From the NCBI GenBank assembly GCA_951406725.2, contig OX597815.1, forward strand, positions 162,626,001 through 162,690,000: DNA of 64,000 bases, read 5' to 3'. Source of the stretch: Octopus vulgaris. Taxonomy: Eukaryota. The position numbers and the translations under genes are program-made. Below are positions 13,152 through 25,700 of the stretch, one piece after another. Each line of letters starts with the position of its first letter. The stretch's first letter is position 1. The notes under the pieces were generated by a model. It was not told where the DNA came from. It saw only the letters and a program-made list of their open reading frames with translations, and searched no databases.

Positions 13152-13330
13152 TGATGATGATGATGATGATGATAACAATGTCCTATGAAACCAAAGCTCC
13201 TGTTTGGTATCAATGCAGAAGAAATTGCAAACTACATAAAGTTAAATTTATATTTCAAGCAGGAAATAATACAGCTGTGACTCTTAAAGGTGAACAGGGT
13301 ATAATATCTAATACTGATCAAATAAACAAT
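12625..13330 (+). pseudogene. Ty3/gypsy-type (or Ginger) integrase relic
   Basis: Frameshifted translation VHTWPKE...VYMDHAYV...SGWPEVIKV...VLRTVL.K.GVPETIASDTASEF...LCAWLDKFGCKL...YQSESNQISERI matches the rve core (GVP..IVSDN..EF; YHPQSNG.AER). Confidence 0.75.
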
Positions 13331-14283
13331 GACACAAATATTGATATTGAACAAAATATCAGTTCCTTAAGATTTGAATGACATTCCAGACTCTATTAAT
13401 AAAAATTTTGATTTGATAACTGATACAGAAACAAACATAATAGTGTTAGATGTAGTTCCTGAATCACGAAAGGAATTAAACCAATTCGTTTCCAGGAGAT
13501 GTCATGTCATTGTTATGGTAATATCATTGCATGCATTTTGTGTGTTTTCACATGACTGAATTTATTTATGATAGCTACTAGTTTGATGTAACAGCTTGGT
13601 TCTTCATTTGAATAAGACTTCTGAATGTAAAGGATCTCATGTGAATACAACTGTATTTGAATAAATGCTGTATGACATGACAAATATAATGCTCTACACA
13701 CATCGTCTTCAACATAATTTTCTGAATATATACATTATAAATTGTAACTTTATTTTTTTTTATAAAAGAAGATTATGAATATAATGTGATTAGTGGCCTA
13801 TGAGTAAGGTCTACGCAGCCTAAGAGACAAAAACCAACTGGGAAAGAAAGGTATCGAAATTCAGAAATCCTTCAGTTAAACAAACAGGTCCAGTAAGATT
13901 ATAGGTGATGTATGTGCTTGGACTGAGGAACAGGGGTTGCAAGTGCACTGCCTAAAGTATTTTAGGGGTGCAACATCAAAATTTACACCCCTACTTACTT
14001 TTCACAGGTTTAACAAATAGTAAGAAATAGCTTGAAGTTAGGTTTCTTCTCAAAGAACAAAGAACAAAAATAAATAAATAAACAATAAGTCCATGTTTTA
14101 AAAAATTTTGTACCTGGGTTTGCACCCCCTGTGCAAATTTCATTCCTTAGTCAGCGTGTATATGATATGAAATAGGAGCAGATAAAGATGTATGACATAG
14201 AGAACCAATAGGTGCATTTACTAGATAGATGACCTGCTGAAAACTTAGGATCAGATATGTGGTAGGAACAAGGTTCTAGATAG

Positions 14284-15002
14284 CAATGGTTCTCAACCTG
14301 GGTTCACATGACCCTCGGGGTCATGTGAAGATTTCGTGGTTAAAATTAATCTGCAATAAATAGGTTATACTATTACAATATACAAAAATATTTCAAGAAT
14401 TTTTTAATACAATTCCAAATAATATTTAATTAGAAAAAATATTATAGGACATTTTTAAACACTGAATGGAAATCGAAATCAAATGAAATTAAACTCTGCT
14501 TGTGAAGACCTGTTGAGGCAAGTGAAATTGAAATCAAATTTGATGACTGGCATCCATGCTGGTGGAGCGTTAGAGCACTATCCGAGTGTGATCGTTGCCA
14601 GAGCAGCTAACTGGCTTCCGTGCTGGTGGCACCTAAAAAGCACCATTCGAGTGTGATTGTTACCGGCATCACCTTACTGGCACATGAAAAAACATTCGAG
14701 CGAGGTCATTGCCAGTGCCGCTGAACTGGCTACTGTGCAGGTGGCACATAAAAGCACCCACTACACTCTCGGAGTGGTTGGCATTAGAAAGGGCATCCAG
14801 CTGTAGAAATTCTGCCAGATCAAGATTGGAGCCTGGTGCAGCCATCTGGTTCACCAGTCCTCAGTCAAATCGTCCAACCCATGCTTGCATGGAAAGTGGA
14901 CATTAAATGATTATAATGATGATGATGAATAACTATAGTGGTCCAGTTGAGTAAAATAGGGATCAAAGGGGTCCAGAGGCAAAAAGTGATTGAGAACCAC
15001 TG
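14284..15002. mobile_element. hAT-like MITE interrupted by an RTE 3' UTR (~14470-14927, +)
   Basis: Termini CAATGGTTCTCAA / TTGAGAACCACTG; no clear 8-bp TSD. Confidence 0.65.
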
Positions 15003-15074
15003 AAGAAATACTATATAGGGATAGATATCATTATATATAATAACTAAATTGCTTAAAATACTTCATTATGATAA

Positions 15075-15460
15075 TAATATGGATAAAGTCATAAAAGCTA
15101 AAAGACAGATGTGGAAAGAATGGGAAAAAGAAGATAGCAATGAACAATACATGTAGCAGGATGAGAAGTTTGGAGGTTTGTCAATGTTATGCATTGAGTG
15201 AATTAGAAGTAAGAATTGTTTCAGATTGCAAAGCAGAGAGTCAGAGAGAATAAGGATGCTGCTTAGGATAAGTGTGTTCAAAACTGCAGTGACCCACTTA
15301 ACTTTATTGACGTTAGGAAAATGTTATTATGAGAGGTTGCTGAATGTGAAGAATGAGTTCAAGAAACTTACCCAAGCATATCCAACAGAGATCAACTACT
15401 GAGGTGAACAGTTAAATGGTTGAAATAGTCATTAATGATATGAAAACTTGGGAAGCAGGT
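15075..15460 (+). mobile_element. RTE LINE ORF remnant (endonuclease-RT linker)
   Basis: DKVIKAKRQMWKEW...ELFQIAKQRVRENKD...DKCVQN...CYYERLLNVKNE. Confidence 0.7.
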
Positions 15461-15548
15461 GATCCATTGGGAAGAGTAGCAGAGATGCTGAAAATGTCTG
15501 TGAAATGGGGGTTAATAATTTAGCATTCAGATTACTTTCTTCAAATAT

Positions 15549-15549
<1 letters not shown>

Positions 15550-15580
<31 letters not shown>

Positions 15581-15677
15581 CATCATCATCACCACCATCC
15601 TCCTCCTCCTCATCATCATCACCATCACCATCATCACCATCATCGCCATCACCATCCTCCTCCTCCTCCTCATCATC

Positions 15678-15709
<32 letters not shown>

Positions 15710-15810
15710 CATCATCCTCCTCCATCATCATCACCACCACCACCACCACCACCACCACCACCACCACCACCACCACCACCACCACCACCACCACCATCAT
15801 CATCATCATT
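15550..15810. repeat. (CAT)/(CCT)/(CAC) microsatellite, expanded tail of an RTE 3' end (-)
   Basis: Directly abuts GTTTAATGTCCACCTTCCATGCTGGCATGG. Confidence 0.9.
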
Positions 15811-16239
15811 GTTTAATGTCCACCTTCCATGCTGGCATGGATTAGACAGTTTGACAGAAGCTGACCAGTCAGAAGACTACACCAGACTTCTGTGTCTGTT
15901 TTGGCATTCTTATTTATTCACATTGTTTTGAATTAATTAATCATGAATTATGTCATAGCTTTGAGATTTCAATGGTAGGATTGTTTATATTTAGAATGAC
16001 AATATAGGGTAGGCGTGAGAAGCTGGATGTGGCTAGTTTGAACAAAAACACAGATAGAATATTTGGGCCAGATATGGTTAGTTTGAATACTATAAAGTGT
16101 TTAGATCTATAGGTAACTTGTTACACTCAAAATCTTTTGAGTTTGATGACACGAGTCAGCCATAGAGCTAAGCGCTTTATTTGTACGAAACCAATGGTCA
16201 CTCCCTGACCAGGCATGCTATCAACCTTGTATATATGTA

Positions 16240-16560
16240 TCATCATCATCATCATCATCATTTAACGTCCGTTTTCCATGCTAGCATAGGTTGGACGGTT
16301 CGACCAGGGTCTGGTAAGCCATGGAGGCTGCACTGATTTGGCAGTGTTTCTACAGCTGGATGCCCTTCCTAACGCCAACCACTCCATGAGTGTAGTGGGT
16401 GTTTTTTACGTGCCACCGGCACAGGAGCCAGAGCAGGCTGACAAACGGCCACGATCGGTTGGTGCTTTTACGTGTCACCAACACGGATGCCAGTCAGGCG
16501 ATGCTAGTATCTGCGATGTTCGGACTGTGCTTTTTACGTGTCACCGGCACGGGTGTCTTA
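16240..16560 (-). mobile_element. RTE LINE 3' UTR fragment
   Basis: Same tail and TTTTACGTG.CACC motifs as the 8714 copy. Confidence 0.85.
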
Positions 16561-18033
16561 ACTACAGTGAAAACATGATTTTTTCTTTATTACACAGAGC
16601 AGGACTGCCAACTAACAGGTAGTACAAATATATCTCAGTTGAAGATTGTAACTTAAAAATCAGATTACTATTAATACAACCTGATGAATAGAGCAACATA
16701 CACACTGATAAACCAAATAGTGAAAAAGAGGTGGTAACATATTCTTCAATAAGAAGAGAGGGAAATATTTTGTAAGAATAAATCCAATTTAGTTCAATTC
16801 AATCAAGTAGATTTTTCTGAATGAATTGAAATGGTGCCAATTGTGTGTTAATGCAGAGGAAATAAGTTGCCAGACATCATCAGGACAGCTTTGTCAAAAG
16901 AGTTCACCAGTTTCTGGAAGAGGATAGATATCATATGTGTTTCTTTGATTGTGTAATAACACTGATGTTTTCTGGCTGGCCACATTTGTAGTCAAATGAA
17001 CTGACAGCCAAAAAAACTTCCTCAGTATACTACTGCTATGGATAATTTATTAACTCTAGAAGAGTGAATGCCAGACCCAACAAATCCAAGATTGTTAGCT
17101 ATCATTTTAGATAGGAAATGAAGTAGAGCTCTATAGTGATAATGAATTATTGCTTCCCCTTATTCTTCCCCTTTTCCCTACCCCTGCTGATAGTAGAGTA
17201 GCTGAGAAATTTCTCTCACTTTATTTTTCTGTTCAGAAATAGTAATCAGTATTCACGTTAAAGAACAGAGTTAAAATTAAAATTCAGTTACAATTAAGTA
17301 TTCTATGTTGTATGTAAAAGATTCAAAAACTCACATTTGTTTATCACTGTTATTGATAATGTTTAGCTGTAGAAAACATGAATGCACTAAGATAATAATA
17401 AATTACTTAAAATAGTTCTCTTTTAGTTTCTACACACTACCAGAAGTATAGATATCTTTTGGTGTAGTGTCAGTGTGATTCAAAGTAATTAAACAGCATG
17501 TATTTATTTAAAAAATTGGCAAAGTACTGAAACCAAAGTACACAAGAAAAACATAGCAAATTTCAAATTGTAAGTAAGGTTTGCCTAAATATATCATAGA
17601 AAATGTGTGTGTATGTGTATCAAATCTTATGTCCCTGCCGTAAGGCTTTACTTCCACACACACTAGCTTAATTTAATTCATCCTTAGTTGAAAGGCACCT
17701 GTTGTTACGTCCTGTTATTTGCATTTGTATTTGTGTAACATTTCTCCAGTTTTTTCTCATCCTTGTTTACATATACATTTACTGCTTTCTTCCAAGGAAT
17801 CTAATGCTCTTAGCTTAGTTTTTCCTTGAGGCTCATCAGATTGGAGCAATCTCGAGTATAACCAGTCGAAATTGCAAAGATAATCTGGAACTCACCTGAG
17901 GAAAGAAAACTCCGAATAATCTGTCCTTGTTTACTTTGTATAATCTGTCTGGATGTTTTGCGTTCTTGTTCCATTTTTGTATTTTTTATATATAAAAATA
18001 TAGTGGCATATGTACACTTTGGTCTCTTCTATG

Positions 18034-18095
<62 letters not shown>

Positions 18096-18174
18096 GTCCG
18101 TATTTGTAAAGGCTTATGTGTAAATTCAATATTGTAAAATGATATTAAATATATATTCTGAAATTAAAGTTCCT

Positions 18175-19622
18175 TCAGAACTAGTGGAGAAGTTTCAGGT
18201 GTGGAAGCAAAAACCAATGTCTTAGCAAGTGGGAAGGCTGACAAATCACAAGTCTTTCAGGTAGATGTGCTCTGACAAACTGAAATGAGTTCTTTATGAA
18301 GAAATATTCTTATATAAATAATACTGGGTGCAGTGTCGATAACCAGTTCTGTAAACATCACTTTGATATCATAACTGCTTACAGGTTATCTTAACCGTGA
18401 CCCATTACTTTAACTAGTCCAGTTACTCATATGCTCAGGGGCAATAAACACTGAAAATGTGCAGCATATAGCTTCCGTCACATGCCAGGGGAAAAAACTA
18501 GAAGTAGTTGATAGTTTCTGTTACCTAGTTGACCAATTCAGTAGCAGAGATGGATGCTCTGAGAGGTAGCTACATGTGTTTTGTGTTCCTGCTTTCCACT
18601 CCATCCACTTTCAACCTACCTTTAGTGTTCTCTCATATATATATATATCATCATCATTATTGTCATTTAACATCTGGTTTCCATACAGGCATGGATTAAA
18701 TGTGAACAGCCATGCTACATGGCAGTGAAACATGGGCCATGACTGCTGAGGGCATGTGTAAACTTGCAAGGAATGAAGCCAGTATGCTCTGCTGGATGTG
18801 TAATGTCAGTGTGCATACACGACAGAGTCTAAGTGCCCTGAGAGAAAAGTTGGACATACGAAGCATCAGATGTGGTGTGCAAGAGAGAAAACTGCACTGG
18901 TATGGTCATGTGTTGCATATGGATGAGGACAGCTGTGGGAAAAGTGTCACACCCTAGCAGTAGAGGGAACCTGTGGAAGAGGTAGACTAAGGAAGACCTG
19001 GGTTGCGGTAGTGAAGCACGACTTCAAACATTGTGCCTCATGGAGGCGATGACGAGTGACCGAGACTTTTAGAGATATGCTGTGCTTGAGAAGACCTGGC
19101 AGGCCAAATGAGACCATAACCATGGCCTTTGCCAGTGCAGCATAACCGACCCATTTAAGAGTAACCTTCAATCATTGGGCAATAAATTGTGCTTATGAAG
19201 ATCTGTTGAGTCAAGTGAAGTCATCGTCATGGCCAATGCCAGTACCGTCTAACTGGCACTCATGCCAGTGACACATAAAAAGCACCATCATTCAAGTGTG
19301 ATCAATGCCAGTGCTGCCTGACTGGTTTTGTGCCAGTGGTATGTAAAAAGCACCATTCGAGCATAGTCATTTCTGGTGCCACCTGACTGGCTCCCATGTC
19401 AGTGGCACATAAAAAGCACCATTCAAGCATTGTTGATGCCAGTACCGCTTAACTGGCCCTCATGCTGGTGACATGTAAAAAGTACCTACTACACGCTCAG
19501 AGTGGTTAACATTAGGAAGGGCATCCAGATGTAGAAACCTGGCTTGCCAGTCCTCAGTCAAACTATCCAACCCATGTCAGCATAAAAAGTGGACATTAAA
19601 TGATGACGATGATGATGATGGT
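18175..19622 (+). mobile_element. RTE LINE 3' portion: fragmented RT, ORF end, repetitive 3' UTR, (GAT)n tail
   Basis: LVEKFQVWKQ; KLEVVDSFCYL; MLHGSETWAMTAE...RNEASML.WMCNV...WYGHVL.MDED; then four GTG.CA..TAAAAAG.ACC units and the tail. Confidence 0.9.
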
Positions 19623-19633
19623 GATATATATAT

Positions 19634-19664
<31 letters not shown>

Positions 19665-19676
<12 letters not shown>

Positions 19677-20058
19677 TGAGGTTGGGTGGTGTCTGTCTCC
19701 TACGATTTAGATTCCTAACTACTCCCACATTTTGCGGTGCAGTGTAACCAAAACCGGGTATCTTATAGTCGTGATTCATATCGAGTCCTTCTGGGTATTA
19801 GCGCGCGTCTACGATGAGTCTACGATTTAAAAAAAAAATTTACCATAATTTTTCCCATTTTTAATGCATTTTTGGCATATATAAGGGAAGTAACTCTCTA
19901 AAAATGTATTATTAAATCTCAGAACGTAAAAGGCTACAGTAACACTCCCCTCCTTTGTGGTTAGCCATATTGAGATGGCTATTATACTTTACATCTCTAA
20001 AAATGCTTATATAGTTATTTCCCTTACAAACCCAAGCAACGCCGGGCGATACTGCTAG
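19665..20058 (+). mobile_element. Non-autonomous Helitron
   Basis: 3' hairpin CCCAAGCAACGCCGGG 8 nt before CTAG|T; 5' end in (TA)nAAAGTGAGGTTG..TGTCTGTC. Confidence 0.75.
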
Positions 20059-20262
20059 TATATATATATAATGATATGTAATTGTAAGATCCAAGGATTT
20101 AAGCAGTTCATAGTAGATATAAAAACAACTTTCAGGAACAATAATGGTTTATTGGTGTAGAAGGTTGTAGATTTTTCTCATATCAAAGTTTGATAAGCTG
20201 AAAAATGTTATTTCATAGTTCACTCTTAGCATCTTGGATTGTTATGAATGTGAATAAAAGTC

Positions 20263-20803
20263 CAAAATTGAGGGAACAGAGCAGATAAAATCCAGGCTGC
20301 AAATATTTCCTAGCTAGCAGCACCTCAGAAATAATAATTACTCAATGAGGAGTACTCCACTAGGTATTCTATTTCTTTACTACCCACAAGGGGCTAAACA
20401 CAGAGAGGACAAACAAGGACAGACAAATGGATTAAGTCGATTATATCGACCCCAGTGCCTAACTGGTACTTATTTAATCGACCCCGAAAGGATGAAAGGC
20501 AAAGTCGACCTCGGCGGAATTTGAACTCAGAACGTAACGGCAGATGAACTACGGCTACGCATTTTGCCCGGCGTGCTAATGATTCTGCCAGCTCACCACC
20601 TTCACTAGGTATTCATCAGGCTGGAGTTAACTTAGTTATATGAAGGTTAAATTGTTGTCAAAAGATCCTGAGTTAATTAAGGTATCTTTGGCCTGATGAG
20701 TTGCTAGTGGAGTACCCTTCATAGAGTAATTAGTACTTCTGAGGTGCTGCTAGCTAGGAAACATATGTGGCCTGGATTTTACTTGCCCATTCCCTCAATT
20801 TTG
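20263..20803. mobile_element. Fold-back MITE with ~115-bp inverted arms
   Basis: CAAAATTGAGGGAA...TTTCCTAGCTAGCAGCACCTCAGAA...GTACTCCACTAG mirrored by CTAGTGGAGTAC...TTCTGAGGTGCTGCTAGCTAGGAAA...TTCCCTCAATTTTG. Confidence 0.85.
20370..20602 (-). mobile_element. SINE B with 12-bp TSD
   Basis: CACTAGGTATTC at 20358-20369 and 20603-20614. Confidence 0.9.
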
Positions 20804-20814
20804 ATATATATCTA

Positions 20815-20864
<50 letters not shown>

Positions 20865-21729
20865 CATACCTATGTTCATACCCATGTTTGTCTCTGTCTG
20901 TGTGTATACATTGATTGCTTTTAATCTTATCAGCTGAGTAGCAGCATATTCTTCTGAGTAGATCTAATAAGAACAAAATATGTCTGTTGCCTTCACTTGT
21001 TAGATTCAAAGATTAGGTCTACATCCGTCTGCATTTTGTAATCATACAAAAATTTTAACCAACAGATCTTACTGTAGTTATCTCCCATTAACATTATTTT
21101 TAGATCTCAAACACCCCCTAGATGTGTTTTTTTCTTTTTGTTTTCTCTTCAAACTACTTGGATAATCACATTTGATCCCAAGCTTTCATCTCAGTGTAAT
21201 GAATACACGAGACCCAACAATATTCATGTTTAGTATACAGAATAGTTCCCTAGAGTATCTTTCCTTCAGCCATATTGTTGCTATGAATGAAAACAGGCTC
21301 CCATTTTGCGTTAATATAATGATTATATTAATACAAATAATACGACACATATGAATGAAATCAGTGAGTTGTGTTATTATGAATGTATTATTGACTGTAA
21401 TAATACAGTATTATTATAGTCAATAATGTATTCATAATAAAACACAGCCTATTCATGTGAGTATTAATAATATGCACATGAATGAAACCAACCTTCAGTA
21501 AGCAGTGAGGTGATAAAAATCATCTGTATTAGAATTATAATAATTGTGAAGTGAATTTTCTTTTGACCTGCTTGCTTATCTATCTGCCTATCTATATATC
21601 TATTTAATTCTCATTTTTGAAAACATACTGCTATAAATCAGGATTTGAAAAATGAAAAGAAAGTATTCAGTGAAATCAAAATTCATCTAAAGGATAACAA
21701 ATTCTAATAAGTTTTACTTTTTTTTTTCA

Positions 21730-21935
21730 AACCAACTGATTATTCTATGCCGATTACTTGTGTTCAGAAAATTACGAAACACATTTCAACAATGACAGAA
21801 GTTATCTATCAACTAAAGGCCTTTGGTACTATGAATAGGTAAGCTTTGTAGATAATCTTGGAAGAGCTAAGGTGCCCACTAGAGTTTGTCGACAGGATTT
21901 GTAAACCTCTTCTCACTATGAAGGCTTGTGTTAAG
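21730..21935 (+). mobile_element. Old RTE (BovB-like) RT fragment
   Basis: TKAFGTMNR*AL*IILEELRCPLEFVDRI resembles TKAFDTVNREALW.IL.KLGCP.KFV. Confidence 0.6.
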
Positions 21936-22280
21936 GTGGTGAGCTTTCAGAATTGTTAGCATGCCAGGTAAAATGCTTAGCAGCATTTCATCTGTCTTTT
22001 TGTTCAGAGTTCAAATTCCATCAAGGTTGACTTTGCTTTTTATTCTTTTGGGGGTTGATGAAATAAGTACCAGTTGACCACTTGGGTCAATGTAATCAAC
22101 TTACTCCTTCCCCTGAAATTATTGCCGGTTTTGTACCAATATTTGAAATCAATATAATTATCTAGCTTTAGTTCACTTCAAAAAGTTTATAAGTTTTGCA
22201 TTTTTGTTATGTATACATTTCATATTGGTAATGTGATAGTGAAAACATAAAATGTTGCTGGAGAAAAATAAAAGAAATCA

Positions 22281-22313
<33 letters not shown>

Positions 22314-22419
22314 CCTTTGTGGAAATAGATCTTGCAATTTGGTGGGTCGTTCATTTAAAATATGTCTTTTATTGGGTTCAGGACAACAACGGGGTAAAGA
22401 TTATTTCTACTTCTCAAGA

Positions 22420-22500
22420 CAGAACAAAGAGCAACCTGCATTGATTGCAATTGCCAAGAAAAGAGAGAATCAAAACAATTTGCTCTGATTGTTGCTGAGT
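22420..22500 (+). mobile_element. Possible piggyBac transposase C-terminal Cys-rich remnant
   Basis: RATCIDCNCQEKRES/KTICSDC with one frameshift. Confidence 0.3.
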
Positions 22501-22639
22501 AAAAAGGGAGAAACAATTTTGATTTCTAGTTATATGGCTAGCATCTGGTAGAGTTATAGTTCTTTGAGTGGTCCTCTCAAGTGGTGAAAATATTAAATAT
22601 GAATCTCTCAGTTATTAGGATTAGTGTGAAGGTTAGAGC

Positions 22640-23440
22640 AGTCATGGGCTAACTGTAGCCCATGGGACTTTCTGATTGACACACCTGACAGAAAATTACC
22701 TTGAGTTTTTTTGTTGTTGTTGTGTAGCCTGCCTGTTAATGAGCCATGTCTCATGTGGCCCACTTCTCAAAACACGTGAAGTTGCATGGCTTAGTGGTTA
22801 GGGTAGTCATGAATTTCATTCCTTTTTTGAGCAAACTTCATTCCATGCTGCTTCAATTCACTCAACAGGCAAAAGTGAGTCATACCTAGTTTACAGTGAA
22901 GGTGCATGGCTCAATGGTTAGAGCATTGAGCTTATGATCATGAGGTTGTGTGTTCGATTCCTGGACCAGGCTGTCTGTTGTGTTCTTGAGCAAGACACTT
23001 TATTTCACATTGGTCCAATACACTCAGCTGCTGAGATGAGTTGTGATGTCACAAGTGCCAAGCTGTATGGGCCTTTACTTTTCCCTTGGATAACATCAGT
23101 GGCATGGAGAGGAGAGACTGGTATGCATGGTTGACTGCTGGTCTTCCATAAACAACCTTGTCCGGACTTGTGCCTCGGAGGGTAACTTTCTAGGTGCAAT
23201 CCCATGGCCATTCCTGATCGAGAGGAGGGGTCACCCCTATAGTTCAAAGGGCCACCTTGTCACATTCTATGTCATGCTGAATCTCCCTGAAAACTATGTT
23301 AAGTGTACATGTGTCTGTGGTGCGCTCAGCCATTTGTGTGTAAATTTCACAAGCTGGCTGTTCTATTGATCGGATCAGCTGGAACACTTGTTGACATAAC
23401 CGACAGAGTGACATTCCTCAAAAAAGGCTGCCCATGCCTG
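22640..23440. mobile_element. hAT-like MITE with nested SINE material
   Basis: Ends CAGTCATGGGC / GCCCATGCCTG; a related uninterrupted copy lies at ~52947-53092. Confidence 0.55.
22896..23240 (+). mobile_element. tRNA-derived SINE family C
   Basis: TGGCTCAATGGTTAGAGC A box, GTTCGATTCC B box, TTGTGTTCTTGAGCAAGACACTT central motif; other copies at 44985(-), 50343 and 52501. Confidence 0.85.
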
Positions 23441-23554
23441 GGATCTTTATAGATTTTTCAAGGATGAAATAAAGAAAAAGAAGTAAAAGAAAAGTGGGTG
23501 GGTTCTTCTGCAAAAATTTATAGTTTATTTGATAATGCAATACTTAACCCTTTA

Positions 23555-23990
23555 AAAGTGGCGAGCTGTCAGAAACGTTAGCATGTCAGGAGAAATGCTT
23601 TGTGGTATTTCGTCCACCATTGTGTTCTGAGTTCAAATTCTGCCAAGGTCGTCTTTGCCTTTCATCCTTTCGGAGTCGATAAATTAAGTACCAGTTACGC
23701 ACTGGGGTCAATGTAATCGACTTTATCCATTTGTCTGTCCTTGTTTGTCCCCTCTATGTTTAGCCTCTTGTAGGCAATACAGAAATAAAAAACATTAAAA
23801 TGCCGGGTGAAATGCTTAGTGATATTTCAACCGTCTTTATGTTCTGAGTTCAAATTCTGCTGTGGTCAACTTTACCTTTCATCCTTTCAGAGCGATAAAT
23901 TAAGTACCAACTGTATATTGGGGGGTCGATCTAATTAACTGGCCTCTGCCCTACCAAAATTTCAGGCCTTGTGCCTAGAGTAGAAAAGGA
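23555..23990 (+). mobile_element. Two adjacent SINE B copies with different 3' tails
   Basis: Both carry the CTTTCATCCTTTC body; flanked by TTAACCCTTTAA at ~23544 and ~23994. Confidence 0.8.
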
Positions 23991-23993
23991 TAT

Positions 23994-24221
23994 TTAACCC
24001 TTTAACATTTAAATTAGTCATATCTGGCCCAAATATTCTACCAGTTTTATGTTCAAATTGGTTAGATCACACCTCTTGTACCTGCCCTACAATTTCCTTC
24101 TAAAAATAAATAAACACATCACTGAAATCTGAAAGCTACAAGATAGCACATTATTAGTTCAAGTCAATGTGAATAAATAAGCACTGCATTTGACAGAGTA
24201 ATCTGAATGTTAAAGGGTTAA
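23994..24221 (+). mobile_element. piggyBac-like MITE
   Basis: TTAACCCTTTAACATT ... AATGTTAAAGGGTTAA perfect TIR including TTAA. Confidence 0.85.
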
Positions 24222-24779
24222 TTTAGCTATTAGCTAATATGGTAATTAAGTGTTAGCTTGCTGAGGTGTTTCAGTACATTAATACATATTACTATCAGAT
24301 CAGCAGTTTAGATATAAAAATACATAATTGAAATAATTATTGATTTCATGCTAGAAATATGCTAAAGAGCTGGAAGATAACTTATTTATCTGCCTTATCA
24401 GTTATAATCTCCATGTTTCATTTACCTTCTACTTTTAACAAGGTACACAACTCGTATGGTTATTTCATTTCAACACTTTAGTCTCTCTATCAAATCTACT
24501 GATTTAGGTAGATTCTGTTTAAATATAGCTTGATTATGTGTAAGTGCTGAAGCACCAGATGCCAGAGTTTTTAGTTATGTCTTTAAGATATCATCAAAGT
24601 GATTAATATTTCAGATCTCTCAAGATTTTACTATTTAAAATTCTGTAAAAATTTCTTTTGTCTTAATAGACAAAGATAATTACACAGACAGATACACACA
24701 CACACAGACATACTTACATACATACATACATACATAATACATACATACATACATAATACATACATACATACTCTCTTTT

Positions 24780-25190
24780 CTCTTCTTAATTGTTTCAGTC
24801 ATTTAACTGTGGCTATGCTGGAGCAATGCCTTTAGTCAAGCAAATTGACCCCAGGACTTATTCTTTGTAAGCCTAGTACTTATTCTATCGGTCTCTTTTG
24901 CCAAATCGCTAAGTTATGGGGACGTAAACACACCAGCATTAGTTGTCAAGCGATGTTGGGGGGACAAACACAGACACACAAACATGTACTCAAGCATACA
25001 CATGTATATATATATACATATATATGACGGGCTTCTTTCAGTTTCTGTCTACCAAATCTACTCACAAGGCTTTGTTCGGCCTGAGGCTATAGAAGAAGAC
25101 ACTTGTCGAAGGTGTCACACAGTGGGAATGAACCCGGAACCATGTGGTTGGTAAGCAAGCTACTTACCACACAGCCATTCCTGTGCCTAT
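24780..25190 (-). mobile_element. SINE A
   Basis: Reverse complement of the 5446 copy. Confidence 0.85.
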
Positions 25191-25264
25191 ACATACATAC
25201 ATACATACATACATACATACATACATACATACATACATACATACATACATACATACATACATAC

Positions 25265-25668
25265 GCATGTGGAAATTAGCTGCCCAGCGGATGTTTACAT
25301 AAAGCTGAAGATCAGTGAAAAAGAGAGCACCTGTGCTGAACTATTGAGAAATCTGCAGTTACTCTATCCAGATTACAAGTTCAGGTTTATACCTGTAATT
25401 ATTGGGGCCCTGAGATATGTAACACTGCCTAAATACCAATCTTGAGAAATTAGGCTTCTCAAAACCAGAAAGGAGAAAGCTAATTCAAAGATTACAGATC
25501 CAATCCATCACTGGAACTGTAAAAATCTGTAAAACTTTCCATGAGTTTATCATTTAAATATATATATGAGCATGTCTAGGTATGCAACTATATGCATAAG
25601 AATACATACATAAAACAAACAAATCTGCACATAAAACATACAAATCTGTACATACATACATACATACA

Positions 25669-25699
<31 letters not shown>

Positions 25700-25700
25700 G
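25265..25700 (+). mobile_element. R4/Dong-like LINE 3' end between (TACA)n tracts
   Basis: EISCPADV...KISEKESTCAELLRNLQLLYPDYKFRFIPVIIGAL...NLEKLGF...QSITGTVKICKTF. Confidence 0.85.

Noticed and set aside
17795-17840. Minus-strand CTGATGAGCCTCAAGGAAAAAC as a hammerhead
   Set aside because: Stem II/GAAA spacing is wrong and there is no convincing stem III or stem I.
20693-20720. CTGATGAG as a hammerhead core
   Set aside because: It is part of the MITE inverted arm, with no stem II-GAAA-UH arrangement.
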